This document shows, one piece after another, positions 37,518 to 38,826 of a DNA stretch of 38,826 nt. A model generated the notes under the pieces. It was not told the DNA's origin, did no database searches, and saw only the letters and a list, made by a program, of their open reading frames with translations. The first letter of the stretch is position 1; each line of letters begins with the position of its first letter. The DNA comes from Thermococcaceae archaeon (GTDB taxonomy: Archaea; Methanobacteriota_B; Thermococci; Thermococcales; Thermococcaceae), in assembly GCA_013330365.1 (NCBI GenBank), contig DUII01000092.1, positions 21,225 to 60,050 on the forward strand, in the 5' to 3' direction. The position numbers were made by a program, and so were the translations under genes.

Positions 37518-38309
37518 ATGGAGAACGAAAAAGTTCGCATCGGGTTTTACGCTCTCACTTCATGTTATGGTTGCCAACTCCAGTTCGCTATGATGGACGA
37601 GATAATTCAGCTTTTGGACAAGGCAAAGATAGAATGCTGGTTCATGCTGGATAGAGATAGCAGCGAGGATAGGGAAGTGGATATAGCCTTCATAGAGGGA
37701 AGCGTGTCCACTCAGGAAGAAGTTGAGCTTGTAAAGAAGATCAGAGAGAAGGCCAAAATAGTTGTTGCTGTGGGATCATGTGCCGTTCATGGTGGAGTGC
37801 AGAGCTGGGAGAAAGATAAAGAGCTCAGTGAGCTCTGGAAGACAGTTTACGGAGATGCACATGTTAAATTTGAGCCCAAGATGGCAGAGCCCGTTGAAAA
37901 ATACATCAAGGTTGACTATAAAATCTATGGTTGCCCGCCAGAGAAGAAGGACTTTCTCTATGCATTGGGCACATTCTTGGTGGGCTCATGGCCCGAAGAC
38001 ATTGATTATCCCGTATGTGTTGAGTGCAGAATCAGGGGAAACCCATGTATTCTTATAGAAAAGGGAGAGCCGTGCTTAGGGCCGGTGACAGTTGCCGGGT
38101 GTGATGCAAGGTGTCCCGGCTTTAACGTTGCTTGCATTGGGTGCAGAGGGGCTGTAGGATATGACGTTGCGTGGTTTGACTCTCTAGCCTTAGAGTTCAA
38201 GAAGAAAGGTCTTACAAAAGAGGAGATTCTTGAGAGAATGAAAATCTTCAACGCTCACAATCCAAAGCTTGAGGAGATGGTTAACAAGATATTTGGGGAG
38301 GGAGAATGA
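37518..38309 (+). CDS. hydD: Hydrogenase I delta (NiFe small) subunit
   Basis: [30 protein letters not shown]...[10 protein letters not shown]...CP...CIGCRG. Confidence 0.95.
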   Translation: MENEKVRIGFYALTSCYGCQLQFAMMDEIIQLLDKAKIECWFMLDRDSSEDREVDIAFIEGSVSTQEEVELVKKIREKAKIVVAVGSCAVHGGVQSWEKDKELSELWKTVYGDAHVKFEPKMAEPVEKYIKVDYKIYGCPPEKKDFLYALGTFLVGSWPEDIDYPVCVECRIRGNPCILIEKGEPCLGPVTVAGCDARCPGFNVACIGCRGAVGYDVAWFDSLALEFKKKGLTKEEILERMKIFNAHNPKLEEMVNKIFGEGE

Positions 38310-38826
38310 TGTATATCCCGATTACTGTTGACCACATAGCCCGTGTTGAGGGTAAGGGAGGAATAGAGATAGTTACAAGTGATGAGGGCGTAAAAGAGGT
38401 AAAGCTCAACATCATTGAGGGACCGAGGTTCTTTGAGGCTATTACACTTGACAAGAAACTTGAAGAGGCATTGGCAATCTATCCGAGAGTTTGTTCTTTC
38501 TGTTCAGCAGCCCACAAACTTACCGCTGTAGAAGCTGCCGAAAAGGCCATAGGTTTTACCCCAAGACCTGAGATTCAAGACTTGAGAGAACTGCTCTACA
38601 TGGGAGATACCATAGAAAGCCATGCTCTACACCTTTACCTACTAGTTCTCCCAGATTATCTCGGCTATTCCAATCCACTGGCAATGGTTGACAAATATAA
38701 GAGAGAAATTGAATATGCAATGGCACTAAAGAACATTGGTTCAAAGATAATGGATTACCTTGGCTCAAGGGCGATTCACCAGGAAAACGCTATACTTGGA
38801 GGCTTTGGAAAGCTTCCAACAAAAGC
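38306..38826 (+). CDS. hydA: Hydrogenase I alpha (NiFe large) subunit, 3' truncated by the window
   Basis: Not in the ORF track. Manual translation gives (M)[21 protein letters not shown]...EGPRFFEAI...[12 protein letters not shown], with the L1 RxCxxC motif; ATGA overlap with hydD. Confidence 0.95.
   Translation, partial: MMYIPITVDHIARVEGKGGIEIVTSDEGVKEVKLNIIEGPRFFEAITLDKKLEEALAIYPRVCSFCSAAHKLTAVEAAEKAIGFTPRPEIQDLRELLYMGDTIESHALHLYLLVLPDYLGYSNPLAMVDKYKREIEYAMALKNIGSKIMDYLGSRAIHQENAILGGFGKLPTK

Noticed and set aside
38556-38768. 70-aa minus-strand ORF
   Set aside because: Antisense shadow of hydA.
1-38826. CRISPR arrays, tRNA/rRNA genes, IS elements, inteins
   Set aside because: No regularly spaced repeats, cloverleaf motifs, transposase ORFs or intein-like insertions seen by eye. 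The subtilase insert lacks recognisable intein terminal and LAGLIDADG motifs.

Overview
Gene-dense archaeal chromosomal segment from a Thermococcales hyperthermophile (inferred from archaeal LeuRS, NMD3, RIO2, group 3b sulfhydrogenase, GGTGAT-type RBSs, BRE/TATA promoters, and SurR and TGM operators). It is mostly core genome: gcvH (partial), a doubly frameshifted MFS gene, leuS, DUF998, CoA-disulfide/sulfur reductase, DUF1464, an AT-rich orphan soluble chemoreceptor with a globin-like sensor, nmd3, DUF424, a ~1860-aa secreted subtilase, an M20 carboxypeptidase, a five-gene membrane glycosylation cluster (Wzy-like x3 plus GT39), ppsA, tandem MATE pumps, PhoU, plant-type asparaginase-MFS-lipS2, TPR-like protein, rio2, an MFS gene and the start of the soluble hydrogenase I operon. 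I saw no tRNA, rRNA, CRISPR array or intact IS. The best candidate for an unexplained system is a GC-rich ~90-nt element upstream of leuS. It has its own BRE/TATA, encodes a Leu-rich 15-17-aa peptide (MLMRGDRVLHSLALLLC) and can form mutually exclusive pairings, which resembles a leader-peptide leucine sensor or attenuator in an archaeon. All family calls come from motif recognition by eye; no database searches were run.
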